From contig OX337242.1 in assembly GCA_946965045.2 (NCBI GenBank), positions 2,232,001 to 2,296,000 on the forward strand: a DNA stretch of 64,000 nucleotides, written 5' to 3'. Below the pieces are notes generated by a model, which was given only the letters and a program-made list of their open reading frames with translations, was not told where the DNA came from and did no database searches. Below, piece after piece: positions 11,542 to 22,869 of the stretch. The DNA is from Epithemia pelagica. Taxonomy: Eukaryota; Protista; Bacillariophyta. Numbering within the stretch: the first letter of the stretch is position 1; each line of letters starts with the position of its first letter. The position numbers and the translations under genes were made by a program.

Positions 11542-12876
11542 ATGACCATGTCGAAAACCACCAGTGGAGTCCGTTTCAAGGGAATCGACTGGGATAAGGA
11601 AGCCTTGAAATGGGAACGTCGAGTAGAGAAAACTCGAGGTGAAGAACAACAGAAACGAAAGGTAAATCCAAGTTGTTATGACTCGACGATATCTTTCATA
11701 TTTGCATTTCTCATGTTCGATACTGACTCTATTGAATCTCCTCAGGCTGAGCAAAAGGTTTTAAAACAAAAGCTCAACAATCGAGCACGAGAGCTTTCAT
11801 TTTTGTGTGGTTTCTTTTCATCGATGGATCGTCCCACGCTAACCGAAACTGTGGTGAAAGGCAACGGCATGTTCTTTTTATCAGTCGTACTGCCTGTATC
11901 ACCGAATGATTCAATTGATGCGACTATTGACGTATTTGAATCGTTCCTTGTTTCCTTTCGACAAGGACTGATAAAGTTCCTCGAGAGGCAGCAATCTTCT
12001 TCGAGTGACCAAGGTACCATTCCTCGATCGCGGAGAAGAGGACGTGGAAGCTTGTTGAAAAGACTCATGCGGGAATTCTATGATTCAATGGAGATACCTC
12101 TCAATGGCATTGATCTCCAGCAAAAGCTAAATCTTTGGTTCTACTGGAAGTGTCATCTGGAACGTTTATCGTTGTACACTCCGCTAGATCGATTCCTTCA
12201 ATACCTGTTCTCCACCTCACTACGAACTCTGAAACAGGCGCATGTTCCCCACGAATTCTTACGCCAGTTTTATGGCAATGACGACGGCTACCTTGAACAA
12301 CGATTTCTGGAACGAAATCTGAGAGCCTCCATGTTGAATGAGGACGATCAGAAGGGCTTCATGGAATGGGAAGAAACCCTGGTTAGTAAAGGGAAATATG
12401 ACAGGTGCGAAGGCAGCCCGTTCAACGAAGCACAAGTGGAGAAACCGCCTTTGAAAAGCAGCCCCGATGAAACACAAATCAACGCGACGTCTGAACCGAA
12501 TTCTTCCGGCGTTGCTCGGCAAGAGCGCGAGAATGAGGAAACATTCGATTGCACGACAGCAACAACACGGGAAGAACTCAATGGCGAACAGGCACGTGAT
12601 AATACAGTGGATCGAGATGAGAAACACCGGAGCGCTCACTCCCCATCTGATTCGCGACGCCATATCGAAAGCGACGAAGTAGAGAAGTGTACAATATCCT
12701 CCACAAGTTCGATGGACAAAAGACAAACTTCGGGAACAACGTCTGCAGCATGCGGGAGCAAGTACAACGATTCTTTCACAGACACTCCAATGTCATTCCC
12801 TTCCACTGTTGTAGTGGCTGCATGGAACGGTGCGCTTCTTGGAGAGCAGGACAGACACGGAGGCATTGTTGTGTGA
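11542..12876 (+). CDS. Hypothetical protein (helical N-half, disordered C-half)
   Basis: 444-aa ATG ORF with protein-like composition; no motif recognised. Confidence 0.65.
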   Translation: MTMSKTTSGVRFKGIDWDKEALKWERRVEKTRGEEQQKRKVNPSCYDSTISFIFAFLMFDTDSIESPQAEQKVLKQKLNNRARELSFLCGFFSSMDRPTLTETVVKGNGMFFLSVVLPVSPNDSIDATIDVFESFLVSFRQGLIKFLERQQSSSSDQGTIPRSRRRGRGSLLKRLMREFYDSMEIPLNGIDLQQKLNLWFYWKCHLERLSLYTPLDRFLQYLFSTSLRTLKQAHVPHEFLRQFYGNDDGYLEQRFLERNLRASMLNEDDQKGFMEWEETLVSKGKYDRCEGSPFNEAQVEKPPLKSSPDETQINATSEPNSSGVARQERENEETFDCTTATTREELNGEQARDNTVDRDEKHRSAHSPSDSRRHIESDEVEKCTISSTSSMDKRQTSGTTSAACGSKYNDSFTDTPMSFPSTVVVAAWNGALLGEQDRHGGIVV

Positions 12877-13026
12877 TGCTTCACAGACCGGTCTGATCCA
12901 CCATAACGAATATTACCAGAGACACATCGATACATTGCCATATTTGTCTCGTATGCTTTATAAATAATCATGTATAAAGCTGGAGATCAGTTATTGTTGA
13001 AAACTTTCACACACCAAATGTATGGT

Positions 13027-13843
13027 TTATGCAGACAGAAGCTTGATTACTGCAGCAGCGCATTCTTCTGACGATGCCGGGTTCTGCCCAGTAACTAGTT
13101 TGCCATCTACACACACCTTGCTTGCCCAGTTGTCTGCCTTCTCGAACTTGGCTCCTTGCTCCTTCAGCCTAGTTTCAAGCAGAAAAGGTACGAGAGACTC
13201 CAATTTGACAGCCTCTTCCTCGGAGTCTGTAAAGCCAGCTACCGCTTTTCCTGATACCAAAGGAGTTGTACCATCAGCTTGCATGCACTGAACCAAACCA
13301 TTCACACCATGGCAGTCGGCCGCTACTACCTTTTCTGCCACATTGTGCATAGTCTCAATTGCTTTCTTCAAAGCGTCATTGTCCAAGAAATCGACGCAGG
13401 TTCCATGGCCGCCCGTCAAATAAATTGCATCGATACCCGTCGAAAAGTCAATCGTTTCGAGCTTGACCGAATGGCATAGAGCACCTACGGCTTCGGCATC
13501 GTGCATGAATTTCTTACAATCGTCCGTGAAAAATGCTCCGGACAAGCTTCCTTGATCAATGGGAATGGGTCCACCGGCTGGCGAGGCAATCACAACTTCA
13601 TCTGTTTAAGATAATAGAAGAATATCACCAAGCCATAGTAAAAGTGAAACAAGAGAATAGCAAACAAAACGTGTTGAGTCATGCAATCAGATCATTGTTC
13701 GATACGAAGCATACAAAAGACTCCGACGTACATCCTTTCGCTTTGAACATGTAGTACGGAGTCGCCGCTTCTTCAATCCATAGACCCGTCGGATGGCCAC
13801 CGAGCTCAGGCGCTGATGTACACACAAGGACAACTTTCACCAT
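13027..13843 (-). CDS. DJ-1/PfpI (class I glutamine amidotransferase-like) protein, 2 exons
   Basis: Exon 1 13732-13843 (MVKVVLVCTSAPELGGHPTGLWIEEAATPYYMFKAKG); GT-AG intron 13602-13731; exon 2 (YEVVIASPAGG..AIYLTGGHG..AADCHGVNGL..VTGQNPAS). Conserved Glu and nucleophile Cys are present. Confidence 0.92.
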
Positions 13844-14244
13844 TGTTTCTCAATGCTTGATTAATGGATTGGACTCGATCCTTTTATGACAATGATATTG
13901 TCGTCAACACTGCTCGAGCTTTGATCAAGATTCCTTTGCATTCGAGAAAGATCCAAACCATAGACGGATCATCGAACACAATCGATCATCGGAACCTGAC
14001 GTCACATTATGTCACACCTCTACACTTCTCCCCATAGTTCAATGACTACCTTTGTTACCTCTTCCTATCATCCAACTTACCCCTACTCCTAGCCAGTAGC
14101 CAGCCCAAACGAACCGCTCTAGTGCTTCAAATCGAGTACTTGAGTACCTGCTAGGAGTCAGATTGATGAAACGATGGATCAAATGTTAATATTTAATATG
14201 TTGGACCGGCGCTACTTTCGGAAAGAACATGACACTGGCTTTCC

Positions 14245-15143
14245 TTAGACTCCCTTGTTGGCAGGTTTGTGGGGGTGCTTGGCGGACTGGGGTGCATTGT
14301 GGACCATGGAGTAGGCATACTCGACTCCGACGCCATAGGCTCCGGCGTGCACCTTGAGAATGTCCATGAGACCATTGTAATGTTCACGGTTCGCCCAGTC
14401 ACGTTGCCATTCCAAGAGAGCGGGGATGGTAGTAAGACGAGTGGCACCGGCTTGGACCATGCGACTCAAGGCAGCGTCGTGAGCAGCCTGACTGGTCGCT
14501 CCACAGCAATCTTCAACGACATAGATGTTGTAGCCCTCACCGAGCATTTCAATGGTCGGCCAAGTCACACACACTTCAGTCCACAAACCAGTCATGATAA
14601 TGTTCTTCTTGCCCGTGGCCTTGATGGCGGCGCGAAAGCCTTCGTCATCCCACGAGTTCATGCTGGTACGTTCAATGATCGGGGGGTCATCAAACACGTC
14701 CAAGAGCTGAGGCCAAATGTAGCCCGAAAAGCTTTCCGTCTCAACGGCGGTCAAGACCGTGGGGACATTGAACAACTTGGCCACTTTGGCAAGCAAGACC
14801 GTCTGTCGAATACATATGCAAGCAAAGTATTTGTTAGTTGCAGTGGCACGAACATAGTCCATGGACATGGGACAAGCGTTTTTCGTTCATGGCACAACAT
14901 TCGAAGAACGTACGTTGTTGATAAGAGTGGCTTTGTCAATGTTGTCAACACCAAAGGTCATCTGAGCTGTATGGATAAGAAGAGAAAGGCATTCAACAGC
15001 ATGGCGTTAGACAGGGATTCACCATTGGGACCATTAATTGGAGCTTCGTGTTATTCATTTTAGAGGCACTTACGCTGGTGGTCAATAAAGACAACAACCG
15101 AGTCTTCGGGAGTGAAAAGCTTTTGGTAGTTGTTCGCAGGCAT
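14245..15143 (-). CDS. ycaC: YcaC-type isochorismatase-family cysteine hydrolase, 3 exons
   Basis: Exons 15074-15143, 14914-14966 and 14245-14802 (GT-AG introns) splice in frame to MPANNYQKLFTPEDSVVVFIDHQPQMTFGVDNIDKATLINNTVLLAK..ERTSMNSWDD..GLWTEVCVTWP..LLEWQRDW (226 aa). Asp and Cys catalytic residues are present. Confidence 0.92.
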
Positions 15144-15858
15144 GGTTTCGATGCGTTTACTTGTTTTGTTTTGACGTTGCTTCGAGTTTTTCGATTTGAT
15201 CAATTTATGAGTCCAAGAGCTTGCGCTTTCAGGAGGATCCTCCTGTTCCCCCAACCATCGACCTTGCGCTCAACCTGGTATAGGATCCATCCTCCGGAAC
15301 ATCATTGATTTTCGATCGATTTTCCCAGTCCAACTTTGTCGTGCGTGGCTGTCCAGAAGATATTCTAATGGATGGTTCATGGATCTTCTCAGGCTCATGG
15401 TTTCTCTCTTGGAGATAAAACGCAAAGATCTTTCTGGCCTCGGTTTTTCACGGAACCTTCCGGAACATCCGAGCTCCGCGGTAGACTACGAAGAAGCGGA
15501 TGGGTCGCTGAAACGCTTCTGGGGAGAGAACCCCTGTTCCTCGGAAAGACAACTCAAAAGTCCTCTCCATTTAAGGGAATTGGACGAGGACCTCCGAATT
15601 GACGATGACGCATTGATCATAACTGATGACGTCTGATACTTAAACGGCTATAGTACTTTTTTGTCGCAGTGTAAACTGAAAACAGCCCGAATTCTCCAGA
15701 TCAATGACAAGAACAACTTTCACCACCAAACCAAGAAACGAAAACATGAATGGAACCACTCTACTTTGTCATCATCTTGGCCTCCGGCCGCCGGCATCTC
15801 GTAACTTTCATTCACTTGGAAAGATTCAATCAACTTCCACTACAGACGAGAAAACACG

Positions 15859-17223
15859 ATGGCGGAGGAAGAGTCGAATGGCCTCTCAGCGACAGAGAGA
15901 ACGTCCTTCTCAATAACTGACCGGACGACATTTCAAGACGAGGGCGATGTGAGCACCCGTGGCAATGTACCCATCACTAAGGACATTGAAACCGGTGTAA
16001 GCGATGCCCCATCAAGTGATCTGGCACCACAAGCTGCTACAGGTGGTACTTCTCGCCGCCAGTCCTATGTGGACTATACCCCTCCTCCCCCTCCACCCGT
16101 TAAGCCACCGGCCAAGTACAAGCTTTGGTTCATGGTTCTTACGTGTGTCTTCTTTGCAGACTGGTTTTCCTATGAAGCAGGATTTATTCCATGGCTCCAA
16201 GAGAATCTTGGTCTCAGCTTTAATGGGGCATTGTTTGTCCTCTTGGCCACCATTGTGGCCACCCTGGTCTTTGCCGCTTTGGATCTATTGACGTTCTGCG
16301 TGCGCTTCAAGTACAAGGGTGAATGGTATGGAATTGGTTGGTGGCTCAAGCAGCCACGCATTCAATGGGTCCATGAGTATGAAAACTTCTTTTGTGAGCT
16401 GCTTGCTGGTCTGGTTCTGATTTTTGAAGACGGCATCGCCATGTTCAATGCACCGAAACCAGTCAAGCCCGAACAACCCTCTCCCAAGTTCTTTCATTGC
16501 AGTGAACAGGATGCTGACCACGACGTTGTGCTCAAGATTGAGAATCGGATCAAGCCTGGAAAAGATCAAGAGTATCTTGATTGGAAAGAAAAATTGGTCA
16601 AGCAAGGTTGTCATTCTCGACCAGGCTTGATTGATGTAAAAATTGATATGAAACCGGACGTGGAGAAGGGAAATGTCTACATCGTCTACCTCACCTTTTC
16701 ATCCATTGACTTACTCAACTCCTACATGACCTCTCCAGTTCGAGCCAGACTGGTGCGGAATCTTCAACCACTCTTGGTCACACCAACTAGTATACAACTT
16801 CAAAAGGCCCGAGTATTGCCAGATGCCTTTACCGATTTGTGTGCGCCTCAAGGTCATTCAGTGCCCAAAAAGGCACCAAAGAAGTGGAAGGTATGGTGGC
16901 TAACCACGGTTGGACTTTTCTTTGTGGTCTTGGTGACCAATGCCACATTGACCGATCATTACTTTGAAGAATGGGGACTCAATGATGCGCACATTCGTGC
17001 GAGGAGTGCGGTCCGAGTCATCTTCAACACATGGCTCAACACATATGTCATGACTCCCTTTTTGATCATGATATTTGGAAACTGGATGAAACGTGAAGAG
17101 CAAGAGGATAACGTCCGCGAGCCGTGGCGCACGCTGAATGATGGCTTTCGTTCCGTCTATGGCAAATTTGCTGTATTTTTCCTTTTCTATGGTGGTATGG
17201 CTCTGGCATGGATTATCGATTGA
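15859..17223 (+). CDS. Membrane protein with antibiotic-biosynthesis-monooxygenase (ABM)-like domain
   Basis: Central VVLKIENRIKPGKDQEYLDW..RPGLIDV..YIVYLTFSSIDLLNSYMTSPVR resembles the ABM fold. It is flanked by two TM modules beginning PPAKYKLW and APKKWKVW. Confidence 0.7.
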   Translation: MAEEESNGLSATERTSFSITDRTTFQDEGDVSTRGNVPITKDIETGVSDAPSSDLAPQAATGGTSRRQSYVDYTPPPPPPVKPPAKYKLWFMVLTCVFFADWFSYEAGFIPWLQENLGLSFNGALFVLLATIVATLVFAALDLLTFCVRFKYKGEWYGIGWWLKQPRIQWVHEYENFFCELLAGLVLIFEDGIAMFNAPKPVKPEQPSPKFFHCSEQDADHDVVLKIENRIKPGKDQEYLDWKEKLVKQGCHSRPGLIDVKIDMKPDVEKGNVYIVYLTFSSIDLLNSYMTSPVRARLVRNLQPLLVTPTSIQLQKARVLPDAFTDLCAPQGHSVPKKAPKKWKVWWLTTVGLFFVVLVTNATLTDHYFEEWGLNDAHIRARSAVRVIFNTWLNTYVMTPFLIMIFGNWMKREEQEDNVREPWRTLNDGFRSVYGKFAVFFLFYGGMALAWIID

Positions 17224-17547
17224 GCTGTGCATGTTTCTATTTGTCGTATGGTTGCAACGGAAAAGCAAAAGGTGTAGTTTAAACTAGTGAATAATTGCCT
17301 ATCCCGTTGTCGCAAGTTTGTCAAGCCTAAAGGCCTCATTGGGAAGATTCACTTCATAGAAGAGTGTGACAAGAATGTACGACATTGATCGTGCTCTTCA
17401 GGCTGGCTCTGGCTACAAGAGCTTCTATATCCTACAAAATCTTGCTCTTCAAACCTCTACATCCAACAAGCTGTAGGGAAGAGAGTAAAGATTTCCAAGA
17501 GTATTTTTATAACGGTCTACTATGTGCAAGAATTGGCCCATGTCGCC

Positions 17548-18480
17548 TTACTTGGACGTGGTGATGTGACTAAGTTGTCGGAGGGGCGAGTGTTCGGTAG
17601 CCTTTCGCTTGGCCTCCTCGGGTATGGAAATGCCATTTTCCACCAATCTCTTTTCCAACAGTTCCGTGTACTCCATGAGCCGTTCATATTTTTCAAACGA
17701 CAAATCCGTCACGACTTCTACAATACCATGACAAATCCGAACAAACCGCCAAATACGTCCCAACACGAGCAACCCCACAAGAGATGCGACATTGTCTTCC
17801 CCCAAAAAGTGAAACGTAAGTTCCAACGCCAGACTGATGGCGACAATAAACAAATCAAAGACATAAAAGGCTTGTCGGAAAAAGACAGATGGTCGCAAAG
17901 CCCAAACAGTCACTAGGTTTTCGAGCAGCAGAATGGACAAAATGGCGATCGTAATACCAAACAGCCATTCTTCCGCTGTATGAACCTTGTGCCATTTATG
18001 TTCATCGCAACCGGCTTCGTATTCCTCATTTGCTACACCTTCTTCACAGAAATCATGATCATCACTCCCTCCAGCCAACCATCGAAGAGAGTGCGAATCT
18101 TGCGCTGGACAGCATGAGATGGCGTCACGTTCAATAATGTGACAGCTCGGATACAATGTTAGGAGAGCCAATTCAATGAACAATATGGTGACATCCAAAA
18201 TCAAGAGGGCGGCCAGAGCTATTTGAACATAGGAGTTGTGCAAAAACGCCAAAGTTTTGCACTCCAACGAATCGCAACCCTGCTTTTCCTCCACACAACG
18301 TTCTGCTTGTCTCATGGTGGGAATGGCATAACACATGCTCCCCTGACTTTTTAATGGTCCCTTGAAGGCCGCCAAGGCGTCCGATTCCTTGTACACGGGG
18401 GTGTCTTCAACCACCTCTTCATTGAGTGGTATTTGGACCATGCTGCTGGAGGCTGTGGTCAATTCTTCGGGAGACGCCAT
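17548..18480 (-). CDS. HVCN1: Voltage-gated proton channel Hv1
   Basis: Four TM helices with no pore domain; S1 Asp (LLILDV); S4 signature RxWRxxR (GRIWRFVRICHG); C-terminal coiled coil. Confidence 0.9.
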   Translation of the reverse strand: MASPEELTTASSSMVQIPLNEEVVEDTPVYKESDALAAFKGPLKSQGSMCYAIPTMRQAERCVEEKQGCDSLECKTLAFLHNSYVQIALAALLILDVTILFIELALLTLYPSCHIIERDAISCCPAQDSHSLRWLAGGSDDHDFCEEGVANEEYEAGCDEHKWHKVHTAEEWLFGITIAILSILLLENLVTVWALRPSVFFRQAFYVFDLFIVAISLALELTFHFLGEDNVASLVGLLVLGRIWRFVRICHGIVEVVTDLSFEKYERLMEYTELLEKRLVENGISIPEEAKRKATEHSPLRQLSHITTSK

Positions 18481-19239
18481 GTTGGGTGAGCTTTGTGGTG
18501 CTTCTGACTTTTTTCGTTTTGGAGATTATGGGGGCTAATTCTCAGATCTTATTTTAGAGTCTTTCAAATAGTGAAGCACTTCTTTTTGTGGCATTCGCAC
18601 GACGAGACGAAGTATATCTGCATCTTGATCTCATTCCTTCCCAGGCATAATTGAGATAACGTCCACTCTGACTGCATATTGGATCTTTTGTCGTACTGCT
18701 CCAACCACGTTCGTTCCTGCGCACTCGGAACTCGGAAGCGTCAGAAAAATGAGACAAAGAATCGGTCCTCATCGTTCCGTATCCGCAAAGGATTGTTGTG
18801 GGAAGGATCTTGGAACATCTTGAGATCCTTCGCGAGCAGCTTTGACGGGTCGCCCGAGCCGAAAAGGCCGAACGCGCAAGCCCGAAGAATTTGGGTGTAC
18901 GGTTATGAACTAATAACTGATAACCCAATGCTATGTAATACTTTGAATGAACTCCCGAGCGTGTTGTCAGGAATCGGGACTGGGAGAGGGAGTGCTTTTA
19001 GTTTCACAACGGGAAATGTGTTGATCGAACATTCGGTCAATACTGACATCAAACACGATAGAGAGTACCCGCACAGACGCGATCTGCGATCTGCGCAGCT
19101 CGGGCTCACATTTTCCGCTTTCCACCGCCGAAACAAAATGACCGAGAACGCAAGACTGCCCAATCTCCAATCTCCATGGATGGAACCTCTTATAAAGCAA
19201 ACACACTCCAAAGTCTAAAGAAGAAACACTACACCCATC

Positions 19240-20914
19240 ATGTTACAGAGCTCACCCGAGAACAAAACTTCTTCCGATCACACCAGCACCATGGAAGATA
19301 AACCACAGTGCCCATTTGGTCATTCCTCCAACCCCTTTGACGACACGGCACACAATGAGAATCAACGGTTGGAAGAACTATGGAACGATTTACTTGCAAA
19401 GTTGAAGGCCGAAGGAAGGGATCCAAGGCGCCCACTGGATTCCTTGAAAGAAGAAACAGAAGCAACCAATACAGCATCATCCGAACAAGAAGAACACCAG
19501 GATGGTTCGCTGCCATTGGATCTTCCACCGCGAGTTTGGGTGAGTGCGACACACACCAGCGACCCTCAATTTAATAATGTCCAATATGTATGTCAAACAG
19601 ACAACTCACAGGTTTTTCGTTTGCTGAACCTTTTTGATGTTGAAACCTACCATACAATAAACAATACAGCCCTCCTACGATACTGTCATGAGTGGCATTC
19701 TAAAGGCCGACTACAACCAAACCCTGACCTGCCCAATGGATACTATTGAGCGACCTGATGGCAAAACACTAAGTCCACACGGTGTGGTTTGTAAAGCGAG
19801 ACTCGAACTCTTTGCAGCTCCTTCTTCGGATTTGAATTATACAGGTGTTTTAACACCCGGCTCGCAATGGGACCATTGTTTGTTGCGCTTGTCCTCGGCC
19901 ATGTTACCACCCAATCAAGCCGTGAAGGGGACCTTTGCTCGCAGTATCATGTACACGACAGGCGAAAAGATTCGCAAGGCTCAATTGTACCCCTGTAGTG
20001 CACTCAAAGTGTTTGGTGACGACACTCACCATACGGCCAAAAGTCGCAATGTTTTGTTTGGGGGATCCAAATTGGGACAACGGGAAACGGACTTTTTTGC
20101 CCACTGTCAATGCACCTCCATGACAGAACGCATGCCGGCGGCCGTCAAACCCTTTGTACGCAAATTCTGGCAATACTCCAAATGGCCCTTGTCCTTGGGC
20201 GTTTCAGACTTTTGTAAGCCATTTGACTCCGAAAGCAACTCCACCAAGGGTGGTGACGAGCCGGAACCACACAACTTTCCCTTTGCCCTCATTCTCAAAC
20301 CAAGAATCCAACAACAAGAGTCGACATTAGAAAAAGGCATCGATGCTGCAGATAGCAGCGATGATGAGGCCGATTCAAACCAGGAGGTCAGTGATAAAAA
20401 GAGCTACTCGAGAAAAGGGAGCACAAACACCAGTGATAGTGGTGGAAGTAGCGGTAGACGACGCATCTTGTCAGGTTGGTCGTTTGGGAGTTGTGCAGAC
20501 TCCGCCAGTACCTCGTTTGGTTCCTCATCGGTGGACTCGAATACCAAGGAAAGTTCCTTTGATGCCTTTTTGGACTTTTCCGTGAATAATATTCCACCGG
20601 AAACTCATCTGTTTGATGTGTACGCTTGCCCCACCCCCTACGATGTGGCCGATGCCAGCAAATTGCAACGCATTGGAAAAATTGTCAGCACTTCCACCTT
20701 CATGGAGTCCACACCGAATGACGGTCTCTTTTTCAAACACCAGGCCAAGGAAGAAGATTATGCGTTGCGGCCTGATTGGCCGGAAGCACTGTCCCAACCC
20801 GTAACATTGGATCAAGGCAAGGTCAAGGGTACTATCGGTACCTTGGCTGGATGGAAATTGTTTGAACAACAAATTGAAAAGAAAGAGTATATGGACTTTG
20901 AACAACTGGGTTAA
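19240..20914 (+). CDS. Catalase-like (heme catalase superfamily) domain protein, 2 exons
   Basis: GT-AG intron 19540-19669 joins the two ORFs in frame (RVW|PSYDTV). Motifs KTLSPHGVVCKARL, YTGVL..G..LLRLSSA and ALKVF..SRNVLF resemble small catalase-related proteins. Confidence 0.55.
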
Positions 20915-21506
20915 CCACGGCTATGTGCAGGACATGGGGTGTGCAGCTCACGTCCCGTCTCGACATTTGCCATTGACATCTGTTGGAGTACAATCCACCA
21001 ACACCCGATTCGACGCAAGAAGAAAGTGCTGCTGTTGGCGGTGGCCGTCGATATCGCTTGGTGATCGATCAAGAGATTTTGTCATTGTTGCAATTAATTC
21101 AATCCGTTCGCTACTTTCAATCATCCTGTCCCCGACATCATGGTAACCGGCTCAGGCGAAAAACTACGCTGCTTATAGTCGGACGAAACGAATGAAAATC
21201 AAGGCTCTCGGGATATTGCCTTTATTCAGCGAATGGATTTCGAGTGTAAGAGGGAGCGACAGTCTTCTACATGAGGTCAGGAAAACGACATAAGGTCACC
21301 GAGCCAACCATCTGGATTATACTTGAAAAAGCGATTAGCACAATGAAAAAACGCGAAGAAACTAGTTTCGATTCAAAGCGAAGTAACCTCGCTGTATGTA
21401 ACATAATCAGTTTTAATAGTGTGTGACTACATAACGACCCACCTGAATCAAACGATATGATGAACTCGTCGTCATAATTCTCACATATGTACTGGTTCAC
21501 TATTTT

Positions 21507-22595
21507 TCATGTCCAGAGTTCTGGTCGGATTGAAAACTCGATCAAACGAGCAAAAAGTCTGGAGTTCTTGGTCACAAGCGAAATCGTTTCACAGGAATTT
21601 TCCGTATCTCCGCCCACCACAACAATGCTAGTTGACATGACAACCATGTGACCAAAATCCCGCTTTATTGTCATTTCTGGAAGCTCCCATGTAATGTTTT
21701 TCTCAGTATCCATAACTTCCACAGAACACAAGCTTTGACGTCCGAGGGAGCCTCCTGCAACAATGAGACAGCGTCCCACTTTGGCGATCGCATGCCCTTG
21801 TCGAGGTGTGTTGAGAGCGAGATTCTTGTGTATCTTCCAAGTTGTCGATGACGGGAAAGCAGAGGATAACGTCGTTCCAGATGCATTGAACTCCATGTAT
21901 TCGACAGAGTTCAGCCATCCATCATTCCCACATCCACCAACGACATAAAGACGTTGACCAATCACAGTAATGCCACAGTCACTTCGAGATACAGTCATGT
22001 GTGGTCCGGAACACTGACTCTCACATGCTGTATCGATGATGTCGACAGATGAAACGAATTCCCTTTGATGGCTTCCACCCACCACGACAATGTATCGGTC
22101 ACATACAACAGTGGCGGCACAACCATATCCTTTGGACGTCAAACGACAATCCAATGTCTTCCATCGCGTCCCGGTGTTGTCGTTGGTAGATAATGGCTCA
22201 AGCAAATTTCGGACAGATATTTGTTCAATTGTATCCAAGTACGACGAGTAATTCAACCCTCCAATTGCGTAAATACAACCATTGCAGACAACAGTTGCAT
22301 GCATCGATCGGCTTTCGTTCATACGTGGTCCCACTCGCCACGCTGTGCCACATTCCCCAACATTCAAAAGAAGAACGGAACTTGTGTGATTGTCAATCGT
22401 CTGTTGTAATCCGCCAAATACAACAAGCGTCTCTTGGTTCGTATCTGGGTCAGTAACGAGAAGAGAACTTGTGTACATACGCCGGCCTTCCGGCAGTGGA
22501 GGCGATCTGGTTAACTTCCATTGTGGTTCATCTGTTGGGACGTTGCAGTCCGCAAAGGCCAGTCCAGAGAGGTGGGCTTGTTCGTAAATCTTCAT
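21507..22595 (-). CDS. Kelch-repeat beta-propeller protein
   Basis: About six repeats with GG..Y/W Kelch spacing (LVVFGG, IYAIGG, IVVVGG, LYVVGG, LIVAGG, IVVVGG); ATG at 22595. Confidence 0.9.
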   Translation of the reverse strand: MKIYEQAHLSGLAFADCNVPTDEPQWKLTRSPPLPEGRRMYTSSLLVTDPDTNQETLVVFGGLQQTIDNHTSSVLLLNVGECGTAWRVGPRMNESRSMHATVVCNGCIYAIGGLNYSSYLDTIEQISVRNLLEPLSTNDNTGTRWKTLDCRLTSKGYGCAATVVCDRYIVVVGGSHQREFVSSVDIIDTACESQCSGPHMTVSRSDCGITVIGQRLYVVGGCGNDGWLNSVEYMEFNASGTTLSSAFPSSTTWKIHKNLALNTPRQGHAIAKVGRCLIVAGGSLGRQSLCSVEVMDTEKNITWELPEMTIKRDFGHMVVMSTSIVVVGGDTENSCETISLVTKNSRLFARLIEFSIRPELWT

Positions 22596-22869
22596 GCTGT
22601 GCCAATGACGCTTGTTCTCGACCGTCGTGATCAATCCACAACTCTTTGTTTTGTGTCATGAGACCCATGAGTGTGCCATTACATCAAATGGTTCCACCAA
22701 AACCCATCGCATGAGCGAAAAACCAATCCTCCACCTTTTGGTATCCATATGTTGGTTCGAAGTTTCGCGTCCGTTTTTTTTAACGCATCTTTGTGCTTTC
22801 CCCTCAAAACTCGAAACCCAACCCATCACGAGTCACGAATTGTGGATCGCGGATGCTCGCGAAGAGCTT

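Noticed and set aside
14269-15063. 264-aa plus-strand ORF
   Set aside because: Antisense to the spliced ycaC gene, whose motifs are unambiguous.
15379-15636. 85-aa ORF in the ycaC/ABM divergent intergenic region
   Set aside because: Short and without a recognisable motif; cannot be distinguished from chance without expression data.
13027-17223. Bacterial contamination or true operon
   Set aside because: Spliceosomal GT-AG introns in two of the genes and continuity with eukaryotic neighbours.
18554-19218. Overlapping ORFs of 100-180 aa between Hv1 and the catalase-like gene
   Set aside because: Non-ATG starts, no motifs, and located in a probable divergent promoter region.
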